64,000 nt of DNA from Chrysemys picta bellii (Eukaryota), in NCBI RefSeq assembly GCF_011386835.1, contig NC_088799.1:66092001-66156000 (forward strand), read 5' to 3'. Made by a program: the position numbers and the translations under genes. This document shows positions 33,241 to 46,929 of the stretch, piece after piece; positions within the stretch are counted from its first letter, which is position 1; every line of letters starts with the position of its first letter. A model generated the notes under the pieces. That model worked only from the letters and a program-made list of their open reading frames with translations, searched no databases and had not been told where the DNA came from.

Positions 33241-34133
33241 TTGTACAGAAGGCAGCATTAGTGTGCTTATGTGCTAAGTAATTATATTTAATTCATTTAT
33301 CAGTAAATATGGAAAGACACAATTAAGAATCTATGACTATGTTGAGTTAGGAGAGCTCAGGCATTGCTCAATTGAAGGCAGGCTGCACTGGCAGCTTGCC
33401 AGAATCCTGAGGGTTGCATTTAATTTGCATAAATGGAGCAGATTACAAGTTGCTTTTATGGCTAATGAAAAGGTGTGGTCATGATTGGCCCCAGCATGCA
33501 ATGTTTCTTTAATGCTCAGATGAAGGTGGTGCATTGCATGCTGGGACCAGTCATGTCCACAGGCTGCGCCTGTGTGTTGAAGAGGATGCCAGCTGTGCTT
33601 TGTGCTAGGGGATGAATGTGTTATGTCACAATGTGGCATGAATGCCATTGTACTGTGATGCTGCATCAGCCCCTGAAGATATTTCAGCTCTGTTTGGAGA
33701 ATAGATCTATCACTACTGACTGTCCCACAAAAAAGAAGGCAGGTGGCAGCCATCCTGTTTCCTACAGAGACCATTGGAAAGCAGAGTCACCCAGTAAGGT
33801 CTAGAGGTAGATACAGAGATGCTACAGCAGTTTCCCATACTATTACTCTTATAGGCCATTGCAGCTGCAAGCTGGGACACTAACGGTCCTATCCAGCCTT
33901 CCCTTTCCTCTTCTCTCAGATAGAACATAGTTCCTTCTGGGGCTTCTGACATCCTCATGCTTGTAGCACCCCATATTAGCAGTCTGGTATAGTGCTGCCT
34001 AGGAGCGGAAGAGAAAACATTGACCGCTTGCTGAAAGCATAATTACTTGTTTACTACACAGCCCTGCTGAACACCCAATTGAGAAAGGAGCACAATAATG
34101 AAATACTCTGTTTTCTGTGCGTTTCAGAGGGAA

Positions 34134-34360
34134 AGCGTCTGATGGTAGAGAAAGCCCCCCAACATCTAACCAAATTCTATTCCCAGCTCTGCTACTGATA
34201 TGCTAAGTGACCCTTGGCAGCCTTCCTATGCCTCAGTTTCTCCTCGGTATACCAGGGATAACACTTACTTAACCACACCTCACAAGGGTTGTAAGGGTTC
34301 ATGTTTGCAAAGCACAGGGAGGCCGTTGGATGAAGGCTGCTACAGAAGGAGGTGAGGTAG
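34134..34360 (+). mobile_element. Old MIR/CORE-type SINE remnant
   Basis: CCCAGCTCTGCTACTGA...GTGACCCTTGG...TGCCTCAGTTTCTCC...ACCTCACAAGGGTTG. Confidence 0.5.
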
Positions 34361-36239
34361 TATTAGCAGTGGATAGTATCACAGCTTACTATTTTCCTAT
34401 AAATTTGGATCAATGCCTTTCAAGGCAGCCTAGTTGCAAAGGGACTGTCTGGCAAGCAGCTTTTAAAGCTACCTATAGCTTCTGGGTCTCCCTAAAATAG
34501 GAAAAATTGGCCAATCACAAACATTCCATGGCTGAGTCACATCTAATAGGTGCTGTCAGTATATATGATCATAGACCACCTATTGAATTCTGGCAGACAA
34601 GGAGAGTGCATATAGGCTCTGAGGACCTGTTGACAGGTGCTGCCTTGGGGTTGATGTTATTGGGGAAGTGGTCAGGGATGCTGACTGGGACATGGTGCTG
34701 GTCGCCAGGTCCTTCCCACATCCACAGTTGTGAAGTTTCCATAGCTTCAAGCCCTGACTGCAAGAGTATGGGGGCCCTGACCTGCAGGATGGAGGGAAAG
34801 GTCTATTCTGTTTCCTTGGTTCAAATCTTCATCCCCTTATGTTAGACAAGGAGCCATCCCACTTGTCTCCAGCTCACAGGCATATGGAGACCCGGGAGAC
34901 ACAAGGGAAAACACCCTAATCAATAGGCTAGGGGAGAGGGTTCAGGTGGGGCTCATAGGAATAGCTAGGAGAGGGTGCAGGTCAAAAGTGTTTTAAGATC
35001 TCATCAGTTTCCCTTTAGATTATAGAATAAAAGAAAATACCTGCTTTGTTTACTACAGGAATTCACATGCCACTGCAGAGGCCAGCTGCTCCAGCCCACC
35101 TCATCTTACCCAAATGCTGGCTGCAGCCATAACTTCTCAGTAACATCTATTCCCACACAGCCTCCCCTTACATAGAGAACCCGCTGAGACCAGACACACT
35201 TAACACAGAACCTGGTTACATCCATGACTCCTCAGCCACCGTTCCCCTCACCAAGAAACTAACTCTGGAAATAGGTCTGATCTCATTGTGCATTAGAAGG
35301 ATCCCCACTTTTCTGCCTCACAATTTATGCTTCTTAGGTAGCAAACAAACTCCACACCCGTAGGCTGGTCCTAGGTGGGTGAGAACAAAGATCTGAGAGT
35401 GATCTGCTGAGTTCCGCTCACATGTTAGCTTCTGTGGGCAGATCACTGTTATCTTCCTTCCTCCTTTGCAAAGCAGAGGAAAGGGTGCAGAGAATGGTAG
35501 AGAGCAGAAGGAATCTAACTTCAAGGGCCTAGCTAGGGTCTTCAGGGCAGCATTGGGCCAGTTAGCTAAGGAAAGCAGCAAGTACTTGGAGAGAGTCACT
35601 CAGTCAGCAGCCATAATCACAGCCAGATTTTCAAAGGAGCTTTGTGCACCCAACATGCTAAACTTTATTGAAAATCTAGTCCATAATGTCTAGGACGATA
35701 GTGCCAAACATCTGGCTACTTGATGCATTTATATGGTCTGCACAGTTTATGGTGATTCTGCAGAATTTCAGTTTTCATTTTAAAAAGTTTCGAGCCCTCA
35801 CAGTTGCAAAGAAAACCTTCCAAACACAAAGGGCGCGTAACCAATGCCGTCTGTAGAGAGTCTGACAAAATGACCGAGAGGTGAAATGACTGAAGGATGG
35901 GGGAGTTCCCACTAGGGGTTGACACTAAAGCCTAGAGAGGCTTACACTTTACAGATCGGCATTAACTATTTAATTGCTGATCATTTTAGTTGGGGAATTG
36001 AAACCCATGGGGGTGGGAACGCGGATCTGGTGCAGCGAAACAAATGCAGAGGGAAGAAAGCAGAGGGAAAAGGCAGGGAGGGAGGGAAAGAAACAGAGAA
36101 GGGGGAGGAAGGAAGAGCAGGACTAGCACTGGTCCCAGGGCGAGTGTAGGTCCCCTCTGCCTGGTGGGGGAGGGGGACATGCAACAAGGCACTGAAAGAA
36201 TAGCGATGAGGCTGATGGTGGGGGATACTTTGTGCCTGC

Positions 36240-37030
36240 CCCCCATTAACGCCACTGGGAGACCCTCTCGGGGTCCGTTCCCAGCCCTGAGTCCGAACGG
36301 CAGCCGGCTCCAGTCGCTGAGCCAGGCGTCGCACCGGGACGGGCGCTAGGACCCGGGAAGCCGGCGCACGGAAGCGCTCACACCTGCTGGGCCACATCAG
36401 CCGGGGCGAGCCCCGTAGCTGGGGGTGGGGAAGAGGGAATTGGACTGTCGGCTACTGCCCTGGCCGCGGAGCGCGCCCAGTCCGGCGCCGCGGCTGAGCC
36501 CGCTAGGGGGAGCAGGGCGGGTAGCCTCGCCCGAGGTGCCCGCGAGCGCCCGGGAGCTGGTCCCCGCCCCGTGCCCACGCGGTGCCGGGGGAGGGTGAGC
36601 CATCGGCGGGCGGCTCCTGCCGTGCGTGCCTGCGCTCAGCCCCTCTCTCCTCCTCCGCAGAGCCCCGCGCAGCTAGTCTCCGGTGAGGACGCCGCGGCCA
36701 GTTGCCCGCCGGGGCGCACGGAGCTCCTGGCTGCGGACAGGTTGTGCGGCGCGCTATGGACCCGGAGAGCCCGTCCGGCGCTGCTGCGAGCGGGGCGCAG
36801 CCTGCCAGCCGGGCCCGCTGTGTGCCGAGACCTCCAGCGTCGGGACAGGGGCATCTGCACGGCGCCGTCTAGGACGGGCACCTCTCCCTGCCCTGGATCC
36901 AGAGCAGCAGCAACTTCCCCGCGTGGATCTTCTTCGCCAACTTCTCGGCGCCGGCGGGAGCCCGTGTGACATTCCCCTGCACTGCAGCTCCCCACTCAGG
37001 CGGTGGCTCCTACGCTCCTTTGGAAAAGAC
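36240..37030. promoter_or_regulatory. CpG island, probable XKRX promoter / 5' region
   Basis: Abrupt GC- and CpG-rich stretch with no TIRs or TSD, 0.4-1.2 kb upstream of the XKRX ATG. Confidence 0.75.
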
Positions 37031-37431
37031 ACCAGTTCAGTTGCCTGAATTTGATACACTTTTTTTTTTTAACAGAAGCCAAGACAGCGCTCCCCAGGCC
37101 ATCGGATCACCATTAGCTAGCAGCCATTGCTGTTCTCCGTATCTAGGGTACAGTTGCCCCGTGACCGGTAGAAGCAGCCTGGCTCTGGGTTGAAAGTGAG
37201 GAAGTTGTACAGTCAATGCTCTTTTGTAGACTGATTCAACACACACTGCACATTGCCCCTGGTAGCAGGCTGCATCCCAGACAGAGGGGGCACGCCCACT
37301 GAAAAAGGATGGTTCTTAAAGGCTCCTGGGCTGAACAGGGTTAATTCATCACTGCATTAAACACTTCTGGGGCTCAAGGAAGGGGAGAATAGCTCAGAGC
37401 TGATAAGACTGGAGAGGCTGGGGTTCCAAGG

Positions 37432-37766
37432 ATGGACAACATGTGCGAGGTTCCCATTGGGGAATGTTCAGACCAACCCCCACTTGAAGAAAAAACAGGG
37501 GAGCCCCCTATAGCCCCCAAGACAAAGCCACCATTCAGTATCATCTTCTCCACACTTCTCTTCTGTGGCGAGTGTGTGGCTGCTGGGTTCCTGTGTTCCT
37601 CCTACAGTCACTCTGATGATCACTTCTGGCTTGCGATGACCATTCTCTTCATGCTGTATCCATCCATCATGGTCCAGCTGACCCTCATTTTTGTCCACAG
37701 GGATTTGACCAGTGACAAGCCACTGGTGTTACTGATGCACATTCTACAGTTGGGGCCTGTCATCAG
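37432..37766 (+). CDS. XKRX: XK-related protein 2 (XKRX), coding exon 1
   Basis: PFSIIFSTLLFCGE...SIMVQLTLIFVHRDL...LGPVIR matches recalled XKRX. Donor AG|GTGAGC, phase 2. Confidence 0.92.
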
Positions 37767-38206
37767 GTGAGCAGCATGAATACCTCCCCATCCCCATTGT
37801 AATACATACATGTTCCCCTCCCCCTGCCCCAATGAACTAGGGATGAGATGATCTGTACCCTGAGTCAACCAGCTGCACATTGAGTCAGTCCCAGGGACAC
37901 TGTGTTGACTAGGGAAGCTTCTTGTACAGAGTTCTAGTAGGGGATGATGCAGGAGCACTGGCTGTGATACAGCTCTCAGCTATTACAGTTCTACCCTGCC
38001 AAGAGTTACTGTTTGTACAGTGCTTTGTCAGTGGAAAGCATTATGAAGGCTAATATACTGTTACTAAAGAGGCTCTCTGGGGAGTGGTGTAGTAGCAGCT
38101 CTGGCTGTGGGTAAGTTCTTAGCTGCCCCTGTCCCTGTGGGGAGAGGTGTAGGAGCTGTGGGGTAGTTCCTAGATCCTTCCCTGTGGTACATGCTAGCTA
38201 TATGGG

Positions 38207-38392
38207 GGGAGAGGGATAGCTCAGTGGTTTGAGCATTGGCCTGCTTAAACCCAGGGTTGTGAGTTCAATCCTTGAGGGGGCCATTTAGGGATTTGGGGCA
38301 AAAATCTGTCTGGGGATTGGTCCTGCTTTGAGCAGGGGGTTGGACTAAATGACCTCCTGAGGTCCCTTCCAACCCTGATAACCTGATTCTAT
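38207..38392 (+). mobile_element. tRNA-derived SINE with CR1-like 3' tail
   Basis: GGGATAGCTCAGTGGTTTGAGCATTGG (A box), GTGAGTTCAATCC (B box), tail GGTCCCTTCCAACCCTGAT...ATTCTAT. Confidence 0.87.
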
Positions 38393-40871
38393 AGGTGCCA
38401 GGAGCTCCAAGCTACTGCATTTGGTTCTCTTTAGCATTATACAGGAGATTGCAATCTGTTTCCTCCTGCCCACAGCAAGGCAAGAGTAGTTATGAAAGGT
38501 CAAGTAAGCAAACTGGTTTTAGGCTTGGATTCAGCTGCCTTACAAAAAATAGAATCTGTAAATTAGCAAAACCTCATGAGGCTGAGACCATTCATCATCT
38601 CAAAATAGTGCCTGTTTTCTCTCTTCCTCCTCTACCCAAGGACAGGCTCAGAGGAATAAAGCCCTGGAGATTTTCTCTTCTCCTCCTAACCCCAATGGAA
38701 ATAAACCACAGGGGATTCCTACCCAGCCATCTCCCCCAAAGACAGTGGCCACTGGAACCTACTCAGGCAGCTTCCTGCCTCACCCCTTCCAGACTAAATG
38801 CTTACTGCCTCTCTGTAAGGGGAGGTCTGCAGTGAACTGTTCTCTAACAAAGGCTCCTTTTTCATGATTGCTTTTTGCACTTCTTGTCCCCTCTGAGTTA
38901 GCTGGCCACACTGAGAGACAGGGTGTTGGCTTATGAAGTCTGTGTAGTTGCCGCTGTATGGCACGGGGAGGGCGGGGTGAATTATCTTGCTGGGGCTGTT
39001 TCAGAGCTGAGATGAGAATAAGGTGTGGCTGGGAGTCCTGTCTCTGACTGAGGGAAGGCAGCTGTCACCTTGGGTTTGATGACGTGGGAAGGATGAGATG
39101 GGGAGACATGGGACAATGAAGGGAAGAGCATTGGTGCAAATGGGTGAGTTTTGGAACAGAAAAATCCTAGGAGCAGGGAGACACCCAGGGTGCTGTAGCC
39201 ACCCAGGGTGCTGTAGCCATAGGCCCAAGGGAGGGAGGAGGAGCTGGGTGCAGTAAACCGGAAGGGAAGAAGCCTAGGTCTCATTCCTAGAGAATGACAG
39301 TGATGCCTCCTTCCAGACAGGAATCTGCCCCTCCCAGTGTTAGCTCTGCCTGCTCCAGCAAGACAGCCTGTTTATACATACCCTATGTTGTGGGAAAGCC
39401 ATGCTGGCTGCATCAGAGCTCACTAAAAAAATAATAAAGCTTTTAAAACCAGTTTCTGTTTCCAGCTGGGCTGGGAAACAGGCTAGGTGTCTCTCTTCCG
39501 GCCTGCCCCCTGTGAGAGTGTCAGTCGCCCTGGGATGCACCCAGGTGGTGTTCAGGCATCTCCATGGAGAATTCTTGGGAAGGAGATAAGCAGGACAATA
39601 TGGTATATCTAGCCGCATCTAAACAACTAACTCCGAGCCCTCCACTTCATGCGGAGCCCACAAACCCCCAGAGATTCAGAGCTGCTACATCCTCTGACAG
39701 GAAGCAAAGAATGGAGGAGTATCAGGATGTCCCTCAGCACGCGATGCTTCAGCTCTAATGGGATAGTGCTGTCCTTGACTGAATATCCAAGTTTTTGAGG
39801 ACTTCCATCAGACCATTTGATCAGGATGAGACAGTTATTTTAGGGCTAAGTTTCCATTGCCAGTTTTAACGGTAGCATAAATTGTACCAGTGAGTAGAGG
39901 CCATCTGCAGGCCCTCTCTAATCCCACATCTTGCACCAAATGCCTGACTCGTCTTGCTGTGCAGACTAGCTGTGTGAAAGTACACAGCCAGATCTCTCTA
40001 CAATGGGATGCTGCTGCAAATGGCCTCCATCCATTTCAGCAGCAAAAGGCCAAATGTAGAGTGCCTGTAATGCCTTCTGTTGTGACGTCTGCAGGTACGT
40101 GGCTGTAGTGAGAGGAGCCTCGGAACGTTCTAGAGAGACTTCTCTACAAACCCTTTCAAGTGCAGCCCTGGAGTCCAAACTGCTGAGTCTCACCTGGTTT
40201 CACTGAGTCATACACTGGCTCTGGGCTCACTGGAAACTGGTTCTTTCGGATGAATGTGGCTTCAGTTCAGAGTTTGCAACACAACATGTAACCAGGCGAG
40301 ACTCGGGTCCCATAAGAGAAGTAGTGCAGAGATCTAATTCCAATTGATCTGAAAAATGGCCATTTCTCTTGTACCATTGATTGTCCTAATAAAGTTTTCC
40401 ACTATTGGTCCTAGAACACATTGGTCCTAGAAGCTAAACATATTTAGGTGTTAGCTCTCTTCAGCAAACCATTTCTCTTTCTCTCAAACTTACTCTGCCC
40501 CCCAGTGATTTTGATAGATATTGAATTGACCCTTCCAAGTGCTCAGAGTAACATAATGGGGATTTCCAAAGAAAACCAAGTGCCAGAATATTTCAGAGAT
40601 GCACAGAGTAAGAAGTGTCTCCAGGCTGGCAAAACCAACCATAAACTACCACATACAGCATAAGTAGAAGGACTCCCCACTCCCCCAACCCTTCACTTAC
40701 TCTAAGGAGGCCAGTGAGGATCTGGCTGAGGCAAAGACTCCCGGGTACCTGTTCCCTGGGCTAAAGTAAATCAAACAAAATGCATGGACAATGCTGCCTT
40801 TGGGGGAAAAGGCCATGTTACCAGAGCTGTCATGCCAACAGGTTAGGAAGGGGATCTCTCTCTCTTTAAAT

Positions 40872-40906
<35 letters not shown>
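40872..40906. repeat. (TA)n(CA)n compound microsatellite
   Basis: Read directly from the sequence. Confidence 0.95.
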
Positions 40907-41158
40907 CCCTCCCCTCTGCTCCTTTCAAGCATTGCAGCAGAGCAAAGTGTGTTTTGGGGTGCATGTTTCCCACAATGCAAATATAGAGCCCTGGTTTGGG
41001 AACGGGGTTGCTGTTTGCCTTGCCATGCTCTCCTTCACTAGTGGCCTCCTTGCTAAACTGCTTGAGTGGAATCAACAACCTCCTGCTGGGGAGCATGCCG
41101 ACAAGGAGACTTGCAGAGGAGCATGACGGGGTCCCTGGTGAGGGTGCAGGCTGGCTGA

Positions 41159-41470
<312 letters not shown>

Positions 41471-41921
41471 TAGTAACCAGTGAGGCTCAAGGTGCAGGCC
41501 CAGAAATTTGAGTGCTTATCCAAGTCTATCAGGTCTGCAAATGCACAGTGGAAGTCTTATAAGAACAGGCTAGTCCTCTAGTTCAACCCACTCTGGAATG
41601 GAAGGCAACAGATGTTTAACAGCACATAGCAATGCTGCACCATGCTTTGGGAGAGCAGGTGAAGAGCAATGCAGTATCCAAATGACAGTAGAGGGGAATG
41701 TTTAGGTAGTAAACTCAGACTTGTGGGTAACATCTTTGTGGAGCCTGTTTCATACCAGAGAAAAGATCCATGGCAGGTAGGGCAGCACACTGCTGAATAG
41801 GATGTCTTCGGCACTGGCTCGGATAGCTAAGATCTGAGTCTTCTAAACTTGATATATCACCCAAAAAGGGTGGAAAAGAAACATCTCTAGTTCAGTCCCT
41901 GGCTTATTTTTCCATGCAGCA

Positions 41922-41944
41922 CTCTCTCTCTCTCTCTCTCTCTC
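41922..41944. repeat. (CT)n microsatellite
   Basis: Read directly from the sequence. Confidence 0.9.
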
Positions 41945-41967
41945 GTAGAGTAAACCCCTGTAGGTGA

Positions 41968-42180
41968 GGGAAGGATGGCCTAGTGGCTAGGGCACTGGAG
42001 TGGGGCTCAGGACACCTGGGTTCAATTCCTGTCTCAGCCACTGACTGCCTGTGTGACCTTACAGAGTCACAGTCTATCCTGTGCCTCAGTCCCCCAACAG
42101 TTAATTGGGGATAATGCTTCCCTGCCCCATAGGGGTGTTGGGAGGCTAAAATCCATGAACCAATGTGAGGTGATCTGGGA
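41968..42180 (+). mobile_element. MIR/CORE-type SINE
   Basis: tRNA-like head GGGAAGGATGGCCTAGTGG...GGGTTCAATTCC and core GCCACTGACTGCCTGTGTGACCTT...TGTGCCTCAGT. Confidence 0.65.
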
Positions 42181-43248
42181 CTGTGGTGCCGAAGGCCATA
42201 ACAGTAGATCCCGATCTCCACCAGGGGCATAGTGAGGTAGGACTTTAACATCTCCCTTCATGTGATACTATTGCCTCTGTCTCCTTTGGAAGCTGTTTCC
42301 ATTCCAGAGCTCGTCTTACTGTTACGTATATTTTAAAATAATTTTTCGTAGTCACGTTTAAATCATCCCATATGGTCTGGTCTTGCTGGTGCAGCCACAA
42401 ATAAGTTCATGTGACGTCCATGGAAAAAGTCACTAAAGCTCTTATGATCCAGGCAAGGAAACAGACTCCAATCCAAAATAAACCTTAATTTAAGCTAATA
42501 GCATAAATGATGAGGAGGAAATTGGGTTTTATCCAATCAGTTGCTATTCCTAATGTACAATGAGTGCTGTGTTTAGTGACTATCTGCTTATAAAATCCTG
42601 AGAGCTCCCATCTCAGTCTCATTTAATAGAATTAGAGGGTGAGCGCCTCACTCGTGCTTTGAGCCATTCATGCTGCGTAAAAGGGCAGGAGCAGTGTAAA
42701 GAGGCCCTAAACGCCCTGCTTCCAGCATGGAAGGATTCCCCTGGTAGGGGCACTGTGTAAGATAAGCAAGTGAGGCTACCTCCGAGGACCCCCTTGTAAG
42801 TTGGGGTGTAGGGGTTGTGCTGGGGCAGGAGGGGTGTGCTGGGGTGAGGCCACAGCTTGCATCACTGGGGAGATTTGGGGGAAGCTATGGTAACAAAGAG
42901 AGGCTCCCAGAGCTGTCTACTCCAAGGGCCTCTCCAGACCCTGGACTGGTCCAGGACGGGGAGGGACCAAAAGTGGCTTAAAACCACCATAACTCCCCGC
43001 CCCCTGGGCTGCAAGTTTGTGCTGCTCCTCTGAGAAGCACAGCACAGAATCTCAGCCAGAGGGAGTCCCATAGGTCCATATCCTTGGCTGGTGTGATTCA
43101 TGGTAACCCTATTGACTTAGCAGCATTGTTGATTTCACTAGTCAGGGATGGGGGCTATAAATTTCAACTGGATTGCTCCCATGAGTAAAATTAAGCATGG
43201 ACCTGGCCCAGGACTGGTAAAGTAAATTGGATTTGGGTAGGGAAGATG

Positions 43249-43492
43249 ATCTCATGGATAAGGTGCAGGCCAGGAAGGGAGGAGACCTAGGTCCTTGTGT
43301 GGCTCTGCCACACATTTCCCGTGTGACCTAGAGCAAGCTCTAACTTGTGACTCAGTTTCCCCCATCTGTAAAATGAAGATAACAGCATGTACCTACCTTC
43401 TGCAGGTGTGGTGAGGCTATATTAATTAATGGTTGTGAAGCACTGTGAGATCTGCAGATAGAAGAAGCTCAAGAAGCACAAAATAGTAGTAT
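43249..43492 (+). mobile_element. MIR/CORE-type SINE
   Basis: Core GTGTGACC...CTCAGTTTCCCCATCTGTAAAATG...TACCT. Confidence 0.6.
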
Positions 43493-43644
43493 TGCATCTA
43501 ATGTATTACAACTTGAGCCTACTATTGTTAAAGTCAAAGGGAGGTTTTTCATTGACTGGGAGCAGGATTGGGCATATAATCAGTAAATGTTGTAAACCAA
43601 GCTTTCCAATTCCTCATGTATGTAAACAATGTAACCTCCTGATG

Positions 43645-44049
43645 CAGTGTCTCTCAACCTTTCCAGGCTACTGTACCCCTTTTAGGAATCTGATTTGTCT
43701 TGCATACCCCAAGTTCCACCTTACTTAAAAACTACTTGCTTACAAAATCAGACATACAAAAGTGTCACAGTACACTTGCTGAAAAATTGCTCACTTTCTC
43801 ATTTTTACCATAGCATTATAAAATAAATCAATTGGAATATAAATATTGTACTTAACATTTCAGTGTGTAGTGTATAGAGCAGTATAAACAAACCATTGTC
43901 TGTATGAAAATTTAGTTTGTACTGACTTGCTAGCACTTTTTATGTAGCCTATTGTAAATCTAGGCTAATATCTAGCTGAGTTGATGTACACCCTGGAAGA
44001 CCTTTGCATACCCCCCAGGGGTACATATACATCTGGTTGAGAACCACTG
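43645..44049. mobile_element. hAT non-autonomous element (405 bp)
   Basis: TIRs CAGTGTCTCTCAACC / GGTTGAGAACCACTG. TSD TCCTGATG / TCCTAATG (1 mismatch). Confidence 0.85.
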
Positions 44050-46183
44050 TCCTAATGTACCTGGGATATAAAACTGGTGTTTATCACTAGCTTACATAAA
44101 AGTTTACTAGTTCAGAAAGTGGAGATTTCCATTCCTGTGTATGTCACATATGCCTTAAGCTGCTAAACACTTACACACCCAAAGGGGTGTGAATTAATAG
44201 GAGAATGACACCCAGTTTCCACTGACCTTCATGTCCACGTGCAATTTAAGGTTTTGTGCAATGAGCAGTATTCCAGGTCACAAATAACGCACTGCTCTCT
44301 AGGAAAGAAGAGGAGATTATTCACAAAGCACAAAAAGAAACTCTCCTTTTCATTCTGTGAGGCTCTTCCAGGGTCTACCTGCACACTCTGTATCCTCTGT
44401 AACTGTAAAACACTCTGGGTCCCACATTGTGATCCATGCATCACTGGGGACTTGCTGGTGGTTCATGGAGTGCTGACTAGCCAGACTGTGCTGCCTGCCT
44501 TCCTTGCAGGACAGCTAAAAGCACCTTTCCCCCCTAGTATTACTTTTGTACATAAGCCATAGTTGCCCAGGGATGCTGTATGATCATGAATGTTAGGAAA
44601 AGCGTCCCCTAGAAAATCTCCATTAAGGTGTGAGCCACACTATGAACATTTTTGAGAAGCTCTGGAATAAAATCTCTGGCCATTCCAGCAACAGATGCAG
44701 GAAAGTAACCCTAGTTCAGGCATTTGCATAGGGGACTTGTCTGTACATCTTGAATCTACATGCCACAGTAGCAAATGCATCATTTACTCACTACACCCGA
44801 GATCAAAAGCAATTTCCCTTTATGGCTGCAGCACAGTTTCCCTGTCTAGGCTGAACTAGAGTGACCAGGGCAGCTACGTTTCCTGTATATAAAGGCTGAC
44901 TTTGTAACACAGAGGACAAAAGCTCACTCCTCCCACACATACTACAGTACATTGATATCATAGTATCTGATCCTTTGCCTGGCTACTGCTGAAACATGAG
45001 ACAAAGTATGTCCTGCATTGACTTGCTATGGCTCACAGGACATTAGGCACTAAATAAGAGTGGACAGAGACTTGCTTAAACATAACTCTCCTAGCAGAAT
45101 CTGTCAGAGATTGCCCGGTGGCAAGTCTGCAGCCACTTTCTTCCCTAGTTTATAGCTGTGTTAGGTGCGGATGCAAACTGTAATTGTGTCTGATGACAGA
45201 TTCCAATGCAGTTACAAGCCTCAGTTTGGACAGGGCCTGAGTGGGTAACAGTTGTAGAGACAGAAAAGGGAATGGGGCCAAGCAGGATTCATGGCTGTCC
45301 TGCAGCCTGTCCTCCTTGCTACTGCACTAACTACCTAGGTGCTTATACCACACCGGTCCCCATTGTATTTGAGCACCTGGGCCACCAGATCTTGCCCAAT
45401 TACAGCCGCACAACCCCGCCAAGAGCAGAATTTTACCCTAACTCAGAGGTCTTAAGCCAAATTCAGGCCTAGCTGATGCAGGGGCAGCCTTGGCTCTGGG
45501 CCTGCTGGTATCTGGGCTCAACTGAATCTCCTTTCTGGAGTGACATGGGGTTTGTTAGCTGTCTGAATTAGTGGGGTGGGGGAAGGAGTAGATGGTACTG
45601 AGCACCCACTCACCCAGCAGGTAAGAGGGAATGCAAATGTTCCCACTTACTCTGGGCAGAAGATGGTCTTGGGTGGCTACACTTATAGCTACAGGAACAA
45701 GAAAGAGGCTTGCTGGGGAGGATTTAGGGCACCAGGACATACTGTCTTCACCAGGCCGTTCTCAGCTGGGACATTCCTTTCCCATTTGGGATCTAGCTAA
45801 CCAGACTGTTTCTGTCCCTCACCTGCAGCTGCTGCAGGCCCCTGCTGCTGCCTGCCACAAGCTATTCCTCCCCTGCCCCTCGCCCGTTCCCAGCCCCTTT
45901 TCATACCACTGGGACCATTCTGCCCCAGTGCCAGTTCCAAACCCCTCCTCCCACCCTCCATGAGTCATCCCTCCCCAGTGCCTGCTTGAATTGGGCATGA
46001 GTTGTCCCTCCCCAGTACCCACTCCAAGCCCCTGTCCACGCCGAGACCTTTGTGCTTGACCCAGGGTCTGCTTGGACAGTGGGGCAGAGGGGAAGGCATG
46101 GACTAGAGCAGCACGTGTGCATTGCCCTGTGTAACCACCACTCTAACCACCCCTGGTCACCACCTTTCTTCCCTCCCGTGCAG

Positions 46184-46929
46184 CAGTCCTGATGGGCATC
46201 TGCCTGGTATCGGTCACCTATGGGGCGCTGGTCTGCAACATCCTGGCCATCCAGATAAAATACGACGACTACAAGGTCCAGCTGCGGCCGCTGGCATTCA
46301 TCTGTATCGTCCTGTGGCGCAGCCTGGAGATCTCCACCCGTGTGGCCGTCCTGGTGCTCTTCTGCAGCGTCTTCAAGCACTGGATCATCCCCATTATGCT
46401 CGCCAACCTGCTGATCCTTTTCTTCCTGCCATGGGTGCAATTCTGGCGTAGTGGCGCCCGGCTGCCTGACAATGTTGAAAAGAACTTTAGCCGGGTGGGC
46501 ACTGTGGTGGTGCTGTGCTCCGTCACCCTCCTGTACGCTGGCATCAACCTATTCTGCTGGTCGGCCGTGCAGCTGAAGCTGGCTGACCGGGACCTGATAG
46601 ACAAGGCACAGAACTGGGGCCGGTTGGCCATGTACTATGCTGTGCGGTTGGCGGAGAATGCTGTCCTGCTTGTCCTCTGGTACCTCTTCAAGACAGACGT
46701 GTTTAACTACATCTGCGCCCCACTGCTGGTGCTGCAGCTGCTAGTGGGCTACTGCCTGGCGATCTTCTTCATGCTCCTCTTCTTCCAGTACCTGCACCCA
46801 TGCCGCCAGCTCTTCCAGCACAATGTCTCTGACTTTCTGCAGTGTGTCTGCTGCCAGCGGTGTGCACCAGTCAGGCCCATACAGCTCGATACACCCTGCG
46901 AGTCTGGCGTGAGGCACAGCATCGTCTGA
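46184..46929 (+). CDS. XKRX: XKRX coding exon 3 (terminal); full protein 446 aa
   Basis: [21 protein letters not shown]...WRSLEI...[20 protein letters not shown]...FFQYLHP...RHSIV*. Acceptor CCCGTGCAG. Exon lengths 335+260+746 = 1341 nt. Confidence 0.95.

Noticed and set aside
35981-37193. Many overlapping 70-140-aa ORFs on both strands
   Set aside because: Expected from stop-codon depletion in a CpG island. No recognisable protein.
38207-38280. tRNA-like sequence (also at 1235-1307 and 41968-42030)
   Set aside because: These are SINE heads fused to LINE-derived or CORE bodies, not tRNA genes.
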